60,520 bases of DNA from Bacteroidota bacterium (GTDB lineage Bacteria > Bacteroidota > Bacteroidia > Chitinophagales > Saprospiraceae). Made by a program: the position numbers and the translations under genes. Shown here one piece after another: positions 1 through 11,000 of this stretch. The stretch is from the NCBI GenBank assembly GCA_011321935.1, contig DROJ01000138.1, positions 1 through 60,520 of the forward strand. The letters run 5' to 3'. Position 1 is the stretch's first letter. The number at the start of each line of letters is the position of its first letter. Under the pieces are notes generated by a model. It ran no database searches, was not told the DNA's origin, and saw nothing but the letters and a program-made list of their open reading frames with translations.

Positions 1-217
1 AACAATTTCCAAAATAATATAAGCTATCAAATACAACCTCCACTCTCTTGTTTTTATTTTGGTGTATTAAAAAATAAATTAGCGCTCATACTTTATTCTT
101 TTACTTTGCGCAGCATATTTATAAAAATAAAAAAAACTATAACAGCATTCACTGATATAACCCCACCGAATCTATAATTACAATTTTTTTTTAGGCTTTA
201 CCAATATTAAATTGTTT

Positions 218-659
218 GTAACTACTGCAGTGATTCGTAATTAGTTGATTAGTGATTAGTTCGTCAAATCCTTGATAATGTGGTATTTACCAAAAAATAA
301 ATAGTCCGCTAATTACGAATCGAACCACTACTCAGATGGTTCAAACTATAATTTCACTAACCCCCGGTTTCCTGCCTGCCGGTACGTCCGCATGGACAGG
401 CCGGCAACCGGGGGGCAAGCATCACACAAATCTGGGTTTTAACCCAAAAATGTTTACGTTTATTTTGGGTTAAAACACAGACCCCTTGTTGCCTACCCCC
501 GACTAAAGTCGGGGGTTAGTGAAATCATAGCCTGAACTACTTGAGTAGTGGTACAAATCGTAATTAGCTAACCATTTAGTTTTTGGTTAAATGCCACATT
601 ATCAGGGATTTGGAGGACTAATCACTAATCAACTAATTACTAATCACTGCAGTAGTTAC
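218..659. mobile_element. 442-bp MITE-like composite palindrome (GTAACT/AGTTAC termini, TAATCAC-word arms, nested inner hairpins)
   Basis: Termini gtaactactgcag (218-230) and ctgcagtagttac (647-659) are reverse complements, and pairing continues inward for over 100 nt per arm. The core has further hairpins (351-365 with 511-525; 432-480; 496-515). A perfect 8-bp direct repeat AATTGTTT flanks it (210-217 and 660-667). Confidence 0.8.
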
Positions 660-871
660 AATTGTTTTAGGCGCTAAAGTTGTCAACTTTTTAACAGTCG
701 GCAACTTTCCAAAACCACCTCCATTTCTCCTGCTCCCACCGAGTGTTTGTCCGTATTCACCGAAATATCCTGCCTGCTTTTTTTACCATTATTAATTTTG
801 CTGGAAATACAGCATTGAATGTACCCGTGGCACATTGTTTCGGGGCATTTTATGAAAAAAAATCAGGACAG

Positions 872-1438
872 ATGAATAAGTTGATTATTGCTACCGTCTT
901 AATATTTGCCTTTGGCAACATGTACGCGCAGGGCTTTCAGTTCCGTGGTTTTGAATGGGGGACAACAAAAGAAAAAATCAAAAAAAACGAGCGCGCACCC
1001 TTCGTCTTGGAAAAGGACAACCTCTTGCAGTACCGCTCTACTTTGGGCGATTATGATGCCGACCTGGAATATTATTTCAGCATTGACGGTGAACTCATGG
1101 GCGCCAGATATACCGTCCGCAAACGCTACAAAGACCTACAAGACCATTTCAAAGAATTTGATTTCTTTACCGAACTGCTGACGGAAAAATACGGGAAGCC
1201 CGTTGCCATCCAGATTGTCAAAGAAGAGGTGAACGTCAACAATGTCGGATCGCTCATCGCCAGCCTCAAATCCGGGGATTTTGCCCAAGAAATAAAATGG
1301 GACTTGCCCGATACGGCCATCCAACTGACCCTCACCGGGGAAGGGAAAGATGTCATCATGGTTATCAATTACCAGTCTAAAAAATACGGCAAAATGAACC
1401 ACCAATTGAAAAGGGAAATGGTGCTGAAAGATTTGTAG
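872..1438 (+). CDS. hypothetical secreted protein
   Basis: ORF 743-1438 trimmed to the ATG at 872. MNKLIIATVLIFAFGNMYAQ looks like a signal peptide. No domain recognised. Confidence 0.6.
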   Translation: MNKLIIATVLIFAFGNMYAQGFQFRGFEWGTTKEKIKKNERAPFVLEKDNLLQYRSTLGDYDADLEYYFSIDGELMGARYTVRKRYKDLQDHFKEFDFFTELLTEKYGKPVAIQIVKEEVNVNNVGSLIASLKSGDFAQEIKWDLPDTAIQLTLTGEGKDVIMVINYQSKKYGKMNHQLKREMVLKDL

Positions 1439-1535
1439 TGCCGGGCTGAACAGGCAAGGAGGGGCATGGGGACTAAAAAGGCATTATGGTATTATGGTAT
1501 TAAAATATCTGAATGCCTTTTTAATATCTTAGTTT

Positions 1536-1605
1536 TACTTTGACACTTTATATTTTCACTAACGCCGAGTACTCGGGGTTAGTGAAAATATAAAGTGTCA
1601 AAGTA
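1536..1605. repeat. 70-bp palindrome between convergent genes (CACTAAC-word family), likely bidirectional terminator
   Basis: tactttgacactttatattttcactaac...gttagtgaaaatataaagtgtcaaagta. The arms are reverse complements around a ccgagtactcgggg centre. It shares ttcactaac/gttagtgaa with the 351-525 hairpin. Confidence 0.75.
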
Positions 1606-1619
1606 GAATTATAGTTTAA

Positions 1620-2489
1620 TCAATAAAAAACATATTGGTAGTCTGTTAAAAACAGTAACTTCCCTTTTTCATATTCTTTGTACCTGATATAACGGCCGTT
1701 TTTATATACCTTTTCATATCGGTAATCCTTGCCCGTGGTAATGGCCTGCCATAATTTTCCGTTTTTGTATTTATATTCCGTTTTTTCTTTTTCCGCTGTT
1801 TTCAGCCAAACCGTTTCTTTGGTTTTTAATTGGTTTTCGCCGTTGTAATAATAAGTGGTTTCCTTTTCGGCTTTGCCTTTGGCATCGTAATAAGTTGATT
1901 TTATTTTCTTTTTAATAATAGGGTCAAATTGGTGGATGGTTTTGAGTTTAATAGATTTTCCATTGTCGTCAAAAGTATATTCCATCACCCCGAACAGGCT
2001 GTCAATGGCATTATAGTTCATTACTTTGCGGGTCATCAAAGCCCACCTATTATTGGTGGGTTCCCCTTTCCAAAAAGTTTTTTCTTCCAGTGTTTTTCCT
2101 TTTTTGTCAATATATTGGACAGTGCGCAGGTCAATGTCTTTTTCTTTTATTTCCGCTATTTTACGGTCGAGGTGATAAGTGTATTCTACCTTTCGGCTAT
2201 GCTTTTCATTTTTTATTTCTATTTCTTTTAAACGCTGTTTATCGTCGTAATGGTAATAATATATTTCATCATCTAAATTATTGGTCACCCATTCGTCCAA
2301 TTGCCCGTCCCGACGGAATTTATAAACCGCATCTTTGATCGTTTCCTCTGGGCCATATCCATCCGGCGGGAAGGTCGTCCATTCCGTTATTTGTTTGACG
2401 GGTTTGCTGTCTTTGGGAGCTTTGCCAAAATGTTGCGCATTGATGCAAAAGGGAAATAATAAAATAATAAGGAGGATCAGTTTTCTCAT
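1620..2489 (-). CDS. hypothetical secreted repeat protein (Tyr/Lys-rich, YwqK/MORN-like repeats possible)
   Basis: 289-aa ORF with ATG at 2487-2489 and signal peptide MRKLILLIILLFPFCINAQ. Repetitive YYY/NGK motifs. Family not assigned. Confidence 0.6.
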   Translation of the reverse strand: MRKLILLIILLFPFCINAQHFGKAPKDSKPVKQITEWTTFPPDGYGPEETIKDAVYKFRRDGQLDEWVTNNLDDEIYYYHYDDKQRLKEIEIKNEKHSRKVEYTYHLDRKIAEIKEKDIDLRTVQYIDKKGKTLEEKTFWKGEPTNNRWALMTRKVMNYNAIDSLFGVMEYTFDDNGKSIKLKTIHQFDPIIKKKIKSTYYDAKGKAEKETTYYYNGENQLKTKETVWLKTAEKEKTEYKYKNGKLWQAITTGKDYRYEKVYKNGRYIRYKEYEKGKLLFLTDYQYVFY

Positions 2490-2593
2490 TTTAAAATAGT
2501 ATTTTGAACAATTGATTTACAAAAATAATCTAAATTATAAATTTGTCAAAAGTAAGTTTAATTTAGCAAAATGAAATTCGACAATCATCAATT

Positions 2594-3847
2594 ATGAAAT
2601 ATCAACTCACCTTTTTTTTCAGCCTCCTTTTCCTTTTTGTTTTTTCTTGTAAAAACGAAAAAAAAACCGGAGCACAGCAAGATGGAACAAAAAACCATTC
2701 CACTATAAAACAACTCAAAGTACCCTCCCGGCAGGGCGGAGAACCCAACCTCGTCGCCGATAAAAACGGCGGGGTTTATCTTTCTTGGGTTGAGTATGCC
2801 GACGACACCACGGACGTGCTCGTATATTCCAAATTGACTGCAAACGGCTGGGACCAACCCGAAGAAATAGCCCGCGGCAGCGACTGGTTTGTCAACTGGG
2901 CAGACTTCCCTTCTCTGGTTATTTACGACGACGGGGCAATGGCCGCTCATTGGCTGCAAATAAGCGCAGCGGGCACCTATGACTACGACGTGATGGTTTC
3001 ACAAAAAACAAATGCCGCAAGCGGTTGGGGCAAACCATTCAAACTCAACCAAGACGGAGTGGCCGCCGAGCATGGTTTTGTGTCCATGATACCCGCCGCC
3101 GAAGGGAAAATATTCGCCGCCTGGCTCGACGGGCGCAACACCAAATCGGGCGGCGACGGAGACGGCGGGCATGGCCACGGCCACGGCGGCGCAATGACCA
3201 TCCGGGCTGCTTTTTTCGACCAAACGGGCCGCCTCTCCAACGATACCGAACTCGACAACAGAACCTGCGACTGCTGCCAAACTTCGGCAGTCGGCACTTC
3301 CGACGGTGGCGTTTTGGTGGCCTACCGCGACCGCTCCGAGGACGAAGTACGGGACATTTATTTTACAAAAATGAAAGATGGAAAATGGAGCGCACCGCAG
3401 CCCGTTTTTGCCGACAACTGGAAAATAACGGGCTGCCCCGTCAACGGCCCTTCCCTCGCCGCAACAGGCGGAAAGGCCGTAATCGCTTGGTTTACAGCCG
3501 CTAACAAATCGCCAAAAGCCAACATCGCCTTCTCCAACGACAACGGGGATACCTTTGGCCTGCCCATCCGTTTCGACGACGGCGAACCCGCCGGAAGGAT
3601 AGATGTGCTGATGCTGAACGCCAACGAAGCCCTCGTCAGTTGGCTGGAAAATACGGAGGACGGCGCCGAAATAAGGGCCAAAAAAATCAAGGGCAACGGC
3701 CAAATGGAGGCCTCCTTTTTGGTGGCCAAAACCTCCCCCTCCCGCGCAAGCGGCTTCCCGAGGATGGTAGCCGCCAATGGAAAAATAATCTTTGCCTGGA
3801 CAGGCGTGGAAGGCGACAGCACTTTCATAAAATCGGGCGCCCTTTGA
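2594..3847 (+). CDS. lipoprotein, BNR/Asp-box sialidase-like beta-propeller (tentative)
   Basis: 417-aa ORF with a lipoprotein-type signal (LFLFVFSC). One clear Asp-box (SNDNGDTF) and a propeller-like repeat pattern. Contains a Gly/His tract GGDGDGGHGHGHGG. Confidence 0.55.
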   Translation: MKYQLTFFFSLLFLFVFSCKNEKKTGAQQDGTKNHSTIKQLKVPSRQGGEPNLVADKNGGVYLSWVEYADDTTDVLVYSKLTANGWDQPEEIARGSDWFVNWADFPSLVIYDDGAMAAHWLQISAAGTYDYDVMVSQKTNAASGWGKPFKLNQDGVAAEHGFVSMIPAAEGKIFAAWLDGRNTKSGGDGDGGHGHGHGGAMTIRAAFFDQTGRLSNDTELDNRTCDCCQTSAVGTSDGGVLVAYRDRSEDEVRDIYFTKMKDGKWSAPQPVFADNWKITGCPVNGPSLAATGGKAVIAWFTAANKSPKANIAFSNDNGDTFGLPIRFDDGEPAGRIDVLMLNANEALVSWLENTEDGAEIRAKKIKGNGQMEASFLVAKTSPSRASGFPRMVAANGKIIFAWTGVEGDSTFIKSGAL

Positions 3848-3970
3848 GGCGATGCCTTTGCGCGTGGTTAAGCGGGCAGAAAGGCGTTGACTCAAAAAAC
3901 TCGGCTGGAATGGGGAACAAATTGAGTTGACGCCTTTCAAGCCGCTTTCGTGAAATCGGCAGCTTTGAGG

Positions 3971-4133
3971 TGAATTTTTTCGGATTTTTCGAGGGATTCA
4001 CATCCCTTGCCAAGAAATGCCGTCCCTGCGGGACTAGGATTTGGTGTCATCCATCCTAGTCCCGCAGGGACGGCATTTCCTAGCGAGGGATATGAATCCC
4101 TCGAAAAACCGAAAAAACTCACGAAAAAATTCA
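3971..4133. repeat. ~160-bp imperfect palindrome between convergent genes
   Basis: tgaattttttcgg...gccgtccctgcgggactaggat is mirrored by atcctagtcccgcagggacggc...cgaaaaaattca. The outermost right arm contains the stop codon (4131-4133) of the adhesin gene. Confidence 0.75.
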
Positions 4134-7100
4134 CTTCAAAATCACCACATCCCCTTCCCGAAATACCTCCTTTTCCACGCCACAAAAACGCACCCTTGCT
4201 TTCAGGTACCAGGCATAAACGCCCGGGTTCATCGTTTTGCCCTTAAACCCGCCGTCCCAACCATTTGCCGGCTGGCCGGCGAAAAAAACATGCGCCCCCC
4301 AGCGGTTGAAAACATGCAGCTCAAACGACTGAATATCAATGCCTTGCGCCGCATAAACTTGAAATTTGTCATTGACGCCGTCCCCGTTTGGCGAGAAGGC
4401 ATTGGGGATGTAAAAATAAGAATCCGGCTGCCCTTCCGCCCATTTTACGGTCGCTTCAAGCGCCTCCGTTGCGCATTCGTCGCTCACTTCAAAATGGTAA
4501 ATCCCCGCATCTTCCACGGGCATCCAAGCCTCGGACGAGCCATCCTCCCAACGCCAATTTACTGCCCCGGCATGGCTCAAAACGACGGGGCGGACGGTCG
4601 TTTGCGGGTCGTCGCAGGGCAGGGCATAGTCTTCCACCAAAACATCGAGCGGCGGTTTTTCAAGCACTTCCACGGCTTGCATTTCGGCGCAGCCGTTGGC
4701 GTCCTCCACGGCTATTTCGTAAATGCCGCTTTTCAAATTGGCAAAAACAGTTTGCGCCTGAAAGGCCCCTCCGCCGATAGCGCAACGGAAAGGCGGCGTC
4801 CCCGAAAGCGGAACCACCTCGATAGTCCCGTCCCCTTCGTCCGGGCAACTTTCGCTCGGCTGCAGCTCAAAAGACAGCGCCGGAAAAGCGGCCACACTGA
4901 TAAAAACCAGCGAATCGCAGCCCGCCTGATTGTTCAATTCCAAAACCATTTCGTCGCCGGGCAGGAGGCTAAAGCCCTGATAATCAAGGGTATCGCTTTC
5001 GCAAATATTCAATTCCAAGAAAGTGCTGTCCGCCTGCAAAATGCCTACCGACACCACCACCGTCGAATCGCAGCCCCGGAAAGAAGGCAGCACAAATTCC
5101 CTCGTTTCGCCTGCGGCAATTTCGGTGTTGTTGAACAAAATGCTCTCCCCGCCGCAAGCTTCAAATTGCAAAGTGGAAGGTTCGACAACTATCTCCTCGA
5201 CCGACACCACCACCGTCGAATCGCAGCCCAGAAAAGAGGGCAGCACAAATTCCCTCGTTTCGCCTGCGGCAATTTCGGTGTTGTTGAACAAAATATTTTC
5301 GCCGCCGCAGGCGGCAAATTGCAAAGCCGTTTCGATGGCTTGAAGGCAGGGACTATCCAGCAAAAAATCAACGACGGAAGTATCGCCGCAGCCTTCGATG
5401 GAAATATTTTCACTAAAAATAATCGGCGTATAATAGGCCGGCAGGCCGTTGAGGTCAATGCCCAATTGGTAAGCCCCGCCGGGCATTTCACCAAAAAAAT
5501 ACTGGCCGTTTTCGTTGCTGAAAGTATCGGCCAAAGCGGCCCCGTTTTCGGTCAGCAAAACAGGGATGCCGCTCAACAGGCTGTCGGCTGCGTCAACCTC
5601 CCCGTTGCCGTTGAGGTCAATCCAAACGTGGCCGCTCACCTCGCCCTGTTCGGGCAAAATGGAAATGGAGACGGCCTCCGAAACCGTTTCGCAGCCATAG
5701 ATACTGGTCAGGTGGACTTGGTAATCCCCCGTTTCGGTGGCCTCGTAATTGGCTGCGTTGCCCTCCGGCGCAGCGATGGGCGAGCCGTTCAGAAGCCATT
5801 GGTAATCAGCGACTTCGGGCAGGTCGGGCAGGCATATTTCTTTGCTTTCGCAAGCCGTGAAACAGCCCGAAACGAGGTTGCCCAAGCCCGGCGCATTGTG
5901 TATTTCTATCTCGTTGCTCTTGGCTGTGCAGCCAAAAGAATTGGTCGCCAAAACGAGGTAAGTGCCTCCGGCAAATGCACTGATCGAGGTGCCCGTTTGC
6001 CCCGTGTTCCAGAGATAATCATTTGCAGGGTCGGCATTTTCCACAAAAAAATCGGCCTCGCCGCCCGCACACAAGGGGCCCGGCGGATCGGACGAAATAG
6101 AGACCTCCGAGGGCAGGGCATGGACGGAAACCGGAAAGGGTCCGACTACCGCTGTGCAGCCCGAAACCACCTCGGTCACAGTGACCGAAAATTCGTGGTT
6201 GCCGACAGGCAGCAGGCCGCTGCCCTCCTCCGTCAGTGCCAATTGGCCGCCCGTTGTGCCGTCGGGCCACTGATAAAAATAACGCGGGTTGCCGTTCATT
6301 TCCAGATAGACCTCGTTGCCCTCGCAGGTCGAATAGCTGTTCTCGTGATAGGCGGTTGGCTGGCCAAATTCGTTGAGTTCGACTGCCCGGATGAGGGCAA
6401 CAGGGGCGGGCAAAACTTCCAATCCAACGGCAGGCGGGCTGTATTCACAACCTTTTGAATCGGTCAAAGTCACTTCGTAAATGCCTGCTTCAGAGGTAGT
6501 TATGCCCGAACCCGTTCCTCCGCTCGACCATGCCCAAGCCACTCCTCCGGGCGGTGCCTGAAAGCTGGCCTGCGTGCCTTCGCAAATGGGCGCAGGGTCG
6601 TCGGGGGTGATGTTGCCCGAGAGGTCATTGGCTTCGATGGACACGCTGGAGGTGAATGTTTGGCGGCAGCCGTAAATACTTTCGGCGGTCAGTGCCACCT
6701 CAAATTGCCCAGCAAAAGGGTAGGCGTGGTAGGTGTTTTCTTTTTGCGAAAAATTGGCGTCGCCGCTCCCTGCGTCGCCAAAATCCCAGCTAAAAACGGC
6801 CACGTCGGCGGGTGCGTCGGCCTCGAAGTGCAAGGCCGTTGCGGCGCAAAGAGCAGCGGGCGCACCGAAGCTGACCGCAGGCGGCGCATGGATGGTTATT
6901 TCTTTTGAAAATACGGCTGTGCAGCCCTCCGACGAAGTGGCCAACAGGGTGACATTATAGCTGCCCGGCGCAGAAAAAACGTGCTCGGGATGCTGCAAAC
7001 CGGAGGCATTGGCCGAGCCGCTTGCCGGGTCATCGAAGTCCCAATGCCAGCCCGAAATACTGGTGTTGGGCAGGTAATTGGAAACGTCCGTAAATCGGAC

Positions 7101-7977
7101 GGCAAGCCCGGTACAACTGCCTTCCACCTCGAATGCGGCCTGCAGGGGAACGACGATGTCGGCATGTTTTCCGATATAACAGGTTGGTGGACTGCCGTCC
7201 AAATTGGGAGTTTCGATAGCGAGAATGACTGAAAAAAAACCGGGATGGCTAAAGTTGTGGCTTGGATGTTCTTCAACGGAACTGCCATCCTGGAACTGCC
7301 ATTGCCAAGTGCCCGGAATGGCATTTACCGATAGGTTGTTGAATTGAAATTCATTGCAGGTCGTATTGTTCCACGTAAAATCCGCCGTTCCCTGCGGGTT
7401 GCAGGTGCTTGGTGAGGATACCACACATTGCCCGTTTTCACAATGCCCGCCCGCTGCTTCACAGTCAGGAATGTATATCGAATTGGATTGCCCGGTGCAG
7501 CCGTTTTCGTTGGTCACTACCACATAATAAATGCCGCTCTCATTGACGGCAAGAGTGGCTTGGCCGCTGCCCGTTTTAATGCCGTCCTTGTACCATTGGT
7601 ACAGGTAGCCGTTGCCTGTTTGCGTAGCGTAAATAGTAGCGCCTGCGCTTCCCGGGCATAAGCCTCCAACGAAAGAAGGAGCTGAAATAAAAACCTCCGG
7701 TTTCTCTTTTTCGAGGATGGTAAAATTGGTTTTGGAAGAGCAGCCGTTGCCGTCGTCGGCCTCCAGCACATAGCTCCCCGCAGTCAGTTGCGGAGCAGCT
7801 AAGTGGCTGACAACCAGTCCGTTTTGGTTCGTCCATTCATAGCTCTGGTAGCTTTGCAGGGTACTCACTTCGCTGGTTTCGCTTTCGCAAATAAAGACCG
7901 GGAAGTCAACTTCTGGCGCCTCCGGCGAACTTATGTTTACCTCAAAATCGGCCTCGCTTCCGCAGCCGTTCAGGTGG
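4131..7977 (-). CDS. C-terminal fragment of split adhesin (PKD/Ig-like repeats plus gliding-motility-associated C-terminal domain, CHU_C / T9SS type B)
   Basis: The track ORF 4131-7868 starts at a GTG. The same frame stays open to 7977 (IHLNGCGSEADFEVNISSPEAPEVDF...). The C-terminus YIPNAFSPNGDGVNDKFQV...FNRWG...WDG is the CHU_C signature. There is no signal peptide or credible start. Confidence 0.8.
5048..5327. repeat. 153-bp (51-codon) tandem duplication inside the adhesin CDS
   Basis: ccgacaccaccaccgtcgaatcgcagccc... occurs at 5048 and again at 5201. It encodes LQF(A/E)ACGGE(N/S)ILFNNTEIAAGETREFVLPSF(L/R)GCDSTVVVSV twice with very few differences. Confidence 0.85.
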
Positions 7978-8093
7978 ATAGTGGTACAAATCGTAATTAA
8001 CTAACCATTTAGTTTTTTGTTAAATGCCACATTATCAGGGATTTGGCGGACTAATCACTAGTCAACTAATTACTAATCACTGCAATAGTTGCA
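7978..8093. mobile_element. 116-bp half-copy (one arm) of the TAATCAC-word MITE, inserted in the adhesin gene
   Basis: tagtggtacaaatcgtaattaactaaccatttagttttttgttaaatgccacattatcagggatttggcggactaatcactagtcaactaattactaatcactgcaatagttgca is about 90 percent identical to the right arm at 547-659. It supplies the premature stop at 8066-8068 (read-through ...TATIAVISN*). Confidence 0.8.
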
Positions 8094-11000
8094 GTACCTG
8101 CCTGCTGCCAAAAAACCTCCACCTGCGCCGTTCCCTGCCCCCCGGTGATGGCCCCCGCCTGCGGCGGGCTGACCGACCATTCGTAATTTATATTTTCATA
8201 AAAACCGGTTTCGTAAAATGCGGAATTTTCGCGGCAAAGGGAGGCATCGCCGCTGATTTCGAGCCCGGGCAGCGGGGCGGGGTAAACGATAAACGACGGA
8301 GATTGGCAGCCCGGGCTGTTCCAGTCTTCTTGTGAGACAATGAGGGCATAAGGTGGCGAACTTGCCCATTTTACATTGATGGAGCGGCCTGTTTTTTCGT
8401 AAAAATCAATGCCGTTCCTGATGAACCAAGAATAGGTCGCATTTTCCAAATTGGAGGAAACTTGGTAGTTATAGGCCTGTCCGGGGCAGATGTTCATTTC
8501 GCCCAAAATGGTATCGAGGGGAGGGGGCAGCGCAAAGACTTCGACCTGCAGCCCCAACTCCCCGTTGCAGCTTTCCCCTGCGGGAAATGCGCGGACGGAA
8601 TAAGTGCCGGCACCGAAATCAAAGGTCGGATGGATGCCCGTAACGGGGGAGTCGGAAGCCCACATTTCCACCCCGTGCACGTCGTAAATAAACCAATCGG
8701 CTTCCACAAATGGGTAGCCCGAAACTTGGGAGTGGGTGAAGGAAGGACTGCTGCCCTCGCATATTTCTATCGGCCCGTTTATCAGCGTGGGCGGTCTCAT
8801 CTGCAGGGGCAGTTCGCCATTTCCGGCGCAGCCGAGGAAGCAGTTTTGGTAGCTTATTTTTATCAGGCCGGAGGCATTGTTGCCGTCGAAATCGCCCCAT
8901 CGGACGCTGATTTTCGGCGTGCCCTGTCCCTCCAAAATAAGCCCAAAAGAAGGCACTTCCCATTGATAATCAGCGCCTTGTACGGCTTCTATAAAATATT
9001 CCGTTTCAGTATTTGGGCAGACGATGACCTGCCCTTCGATGTCCGTTTGGTTGCTGATGATGGAGATTTTCTGCCGCACTGTTTTCGGGCAAATGTTGCC
9101 GGTGCAGGCCGATACTTGCAGGCTGACATCGCCCGAACTTCCGCCGTTCCATTGGATGGTCACGAAGTCGTCGGCCTGCCCGCCGCCGCTGATTACCGAG
9201 CCGTTCGGGCTGTTGCCCCACTCGTAATTTCCGCAAACAACATTGCTGCGGTAGGTCGCCGTATCGCCCTCGCAAACGGGGCCGAGGCAAAGGATTTCGG
9301 GTATCTCCGCATCCGATACCTCGACCCTAACGGAGGTGGTATCGCTGCAATAGCAGCCGTTGCGGGCGATGAGTTTCACTTCGTAAATGCCCGGTTCGTA
9401 AAAGGTGTGCAGCGCGTCTTTGACCAAAGAAACTGTGCCGTCGCCAAAGTCCCAAATGAAAGAACTGCTTGCCGTGCTGTTGTTGGTAAATTGGACTGTT
9501 TCGGCCTTGCAGAGATCAATGATATTATTGACAGCAGCAGGCACGGAGGTGAAAACGGCTTTTGGTTCTTTTAAAATTTCGATGCAGCGTTGGCCTTCTT
9601 GTTGGCAGTCGGGGGGGCAGGTGAGGGTGATGTATTCGGTGGTGGTTTCGCCGTTGCTGAGGTTGGTGTAGTTGATTTGGTATGGACCGGCAGGAAGTTC
9701 AGTGAATGGAACGAGGGAACCTGGCCCTTGATATTGCAGATATACCGTATCGCTTCTACTAAAACCTGTTTCTAAATTGATTAGGTTTATAAAAAATGGA
9801 TGTGACGGTGAACCACTGATAATTGGAGAAAAATCATTATTGTGGAGTCCCCGAAAAAAGATAATTCCGTCTTCTTCTCCGCATGAAGAAGGGCCGACTG
9901 AATTGGCAAAGGTTTCATAACGGGCTTCTGTGGTTATTTCAACCGAGCATGATTTGGTATTGCCCGTTGCATCCCTGATTTGATATTCATATACACCGAC
10001 ATTTAGAGAAGGTACAACATGGATCTCTCCACTATAAAACTGAGACCAGGACAAGCCGCCGTTTTCTGAAATTTCTATCCCTCCGGCATATGAGTTTCCT
10101 ATTATGAATGAGGCGCCAAGCTGATTTGTTGAATCAATGACCTGTGAAACTTGCCCACAATCCACCTGCAAATAATCCTTATCATCCAAGATAGAAACCT
10201 TGACCTCGCCGCTGCCTGCCTCGCCCCATTCCACGGTTACTTCGTTGCCATTGGCCGTGTAATCAACGCTGCCGTTTACCTCCCAAATGACGGGCATCTG
10301 CTCTGGGTTTTCCACCGAGTAGGTGACGGTGGAATTTTCGCAGACCTTTTCGCAGCTTTCGGGAGAGGAGGGGCAGAGGGAGGTGGATTGGATGGGGAGT
10401 ACAAGGTCGTTTGAAAAAATATACGGCTCGCTGTATTCCCATCCACAGGCGGCGGCATTGACGGCTATCCGAATATGTGTCCAGTTCAGTTCATCGCACC
10501 TTATTAATAAGGTATCGGAACTTGAACCCCCGACCAAGCATTCATTTTGCCCATTTTCGAGGTCAACATAGTTGGTGCCGTCGGCGGAGACCTGCCATTG
10601 GTACTCCGTTAACAAGCCTGCGGGGTCGTTGATCGGCTGCTCCAGTTCTGCGACAAATAGCATTTCTTCGCCCGGCGAAAAACAGCCGTCAAAATAAAAA
10701 TCAGAAACGTAAACATCGGTGTTGGTAAATCCGCAGTCGCAGGGGTCGGAGGCGTTTGGAATGCCGTCGTTGTCAATGTCGGAATCAATTTCATTCGCTA
10801 TTCCATCGCCGTCAAAATCACAGATAGCTCCACATGCGTCAGGGACGCAAGGTTCTAAATCATCTGGGTCAAAAAGCGGATCAGAGGCCAATACACCCGA
10901 GAAATAGCCATCGTTGTCAATGTCACCTCCGCCCGAGCAGCCCTGAGCGACAGTAAAGCAAGCACTCCCATTACAGCCCTGCGCATCCACCGTTTCGACG

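Noticed and set aside
743-871. N-terminal extensions of track ORFs (743, 12956, 13913, 21788, 23538, 33169, 34438, 36652, 50525, 52784, 54347)
   Set aside because: The extensions start at GTG/TTG or read through palindromic repeats. Internal ATGs give canonical signal peptides or family-typical N-termini, so those were used.
2999-3940. 313-aa minus-strand ORF and 159-aa plus ORF overlapping the sialidase-like gene
   Set aside because: They are antisense or off-frame to a gene with a lipoprotein signal and an Asp-box. Their composition is dominated by Gly/Arg/Ala.
4041-6458. 805-aa plus-strand ORF (and other long ORFs at 8462-9574 +, 39646-40470 -, 40621-41517 -, 43872-44507 -)
   Set aside because: They lie fully antisense inside giant repeat-protein genes. 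They have Arg/Ala/Gly-rich low-complexity translations, no start context and no recognisable domains. These are mirror ORFs typical of GC-biased repetitive coding DNA.
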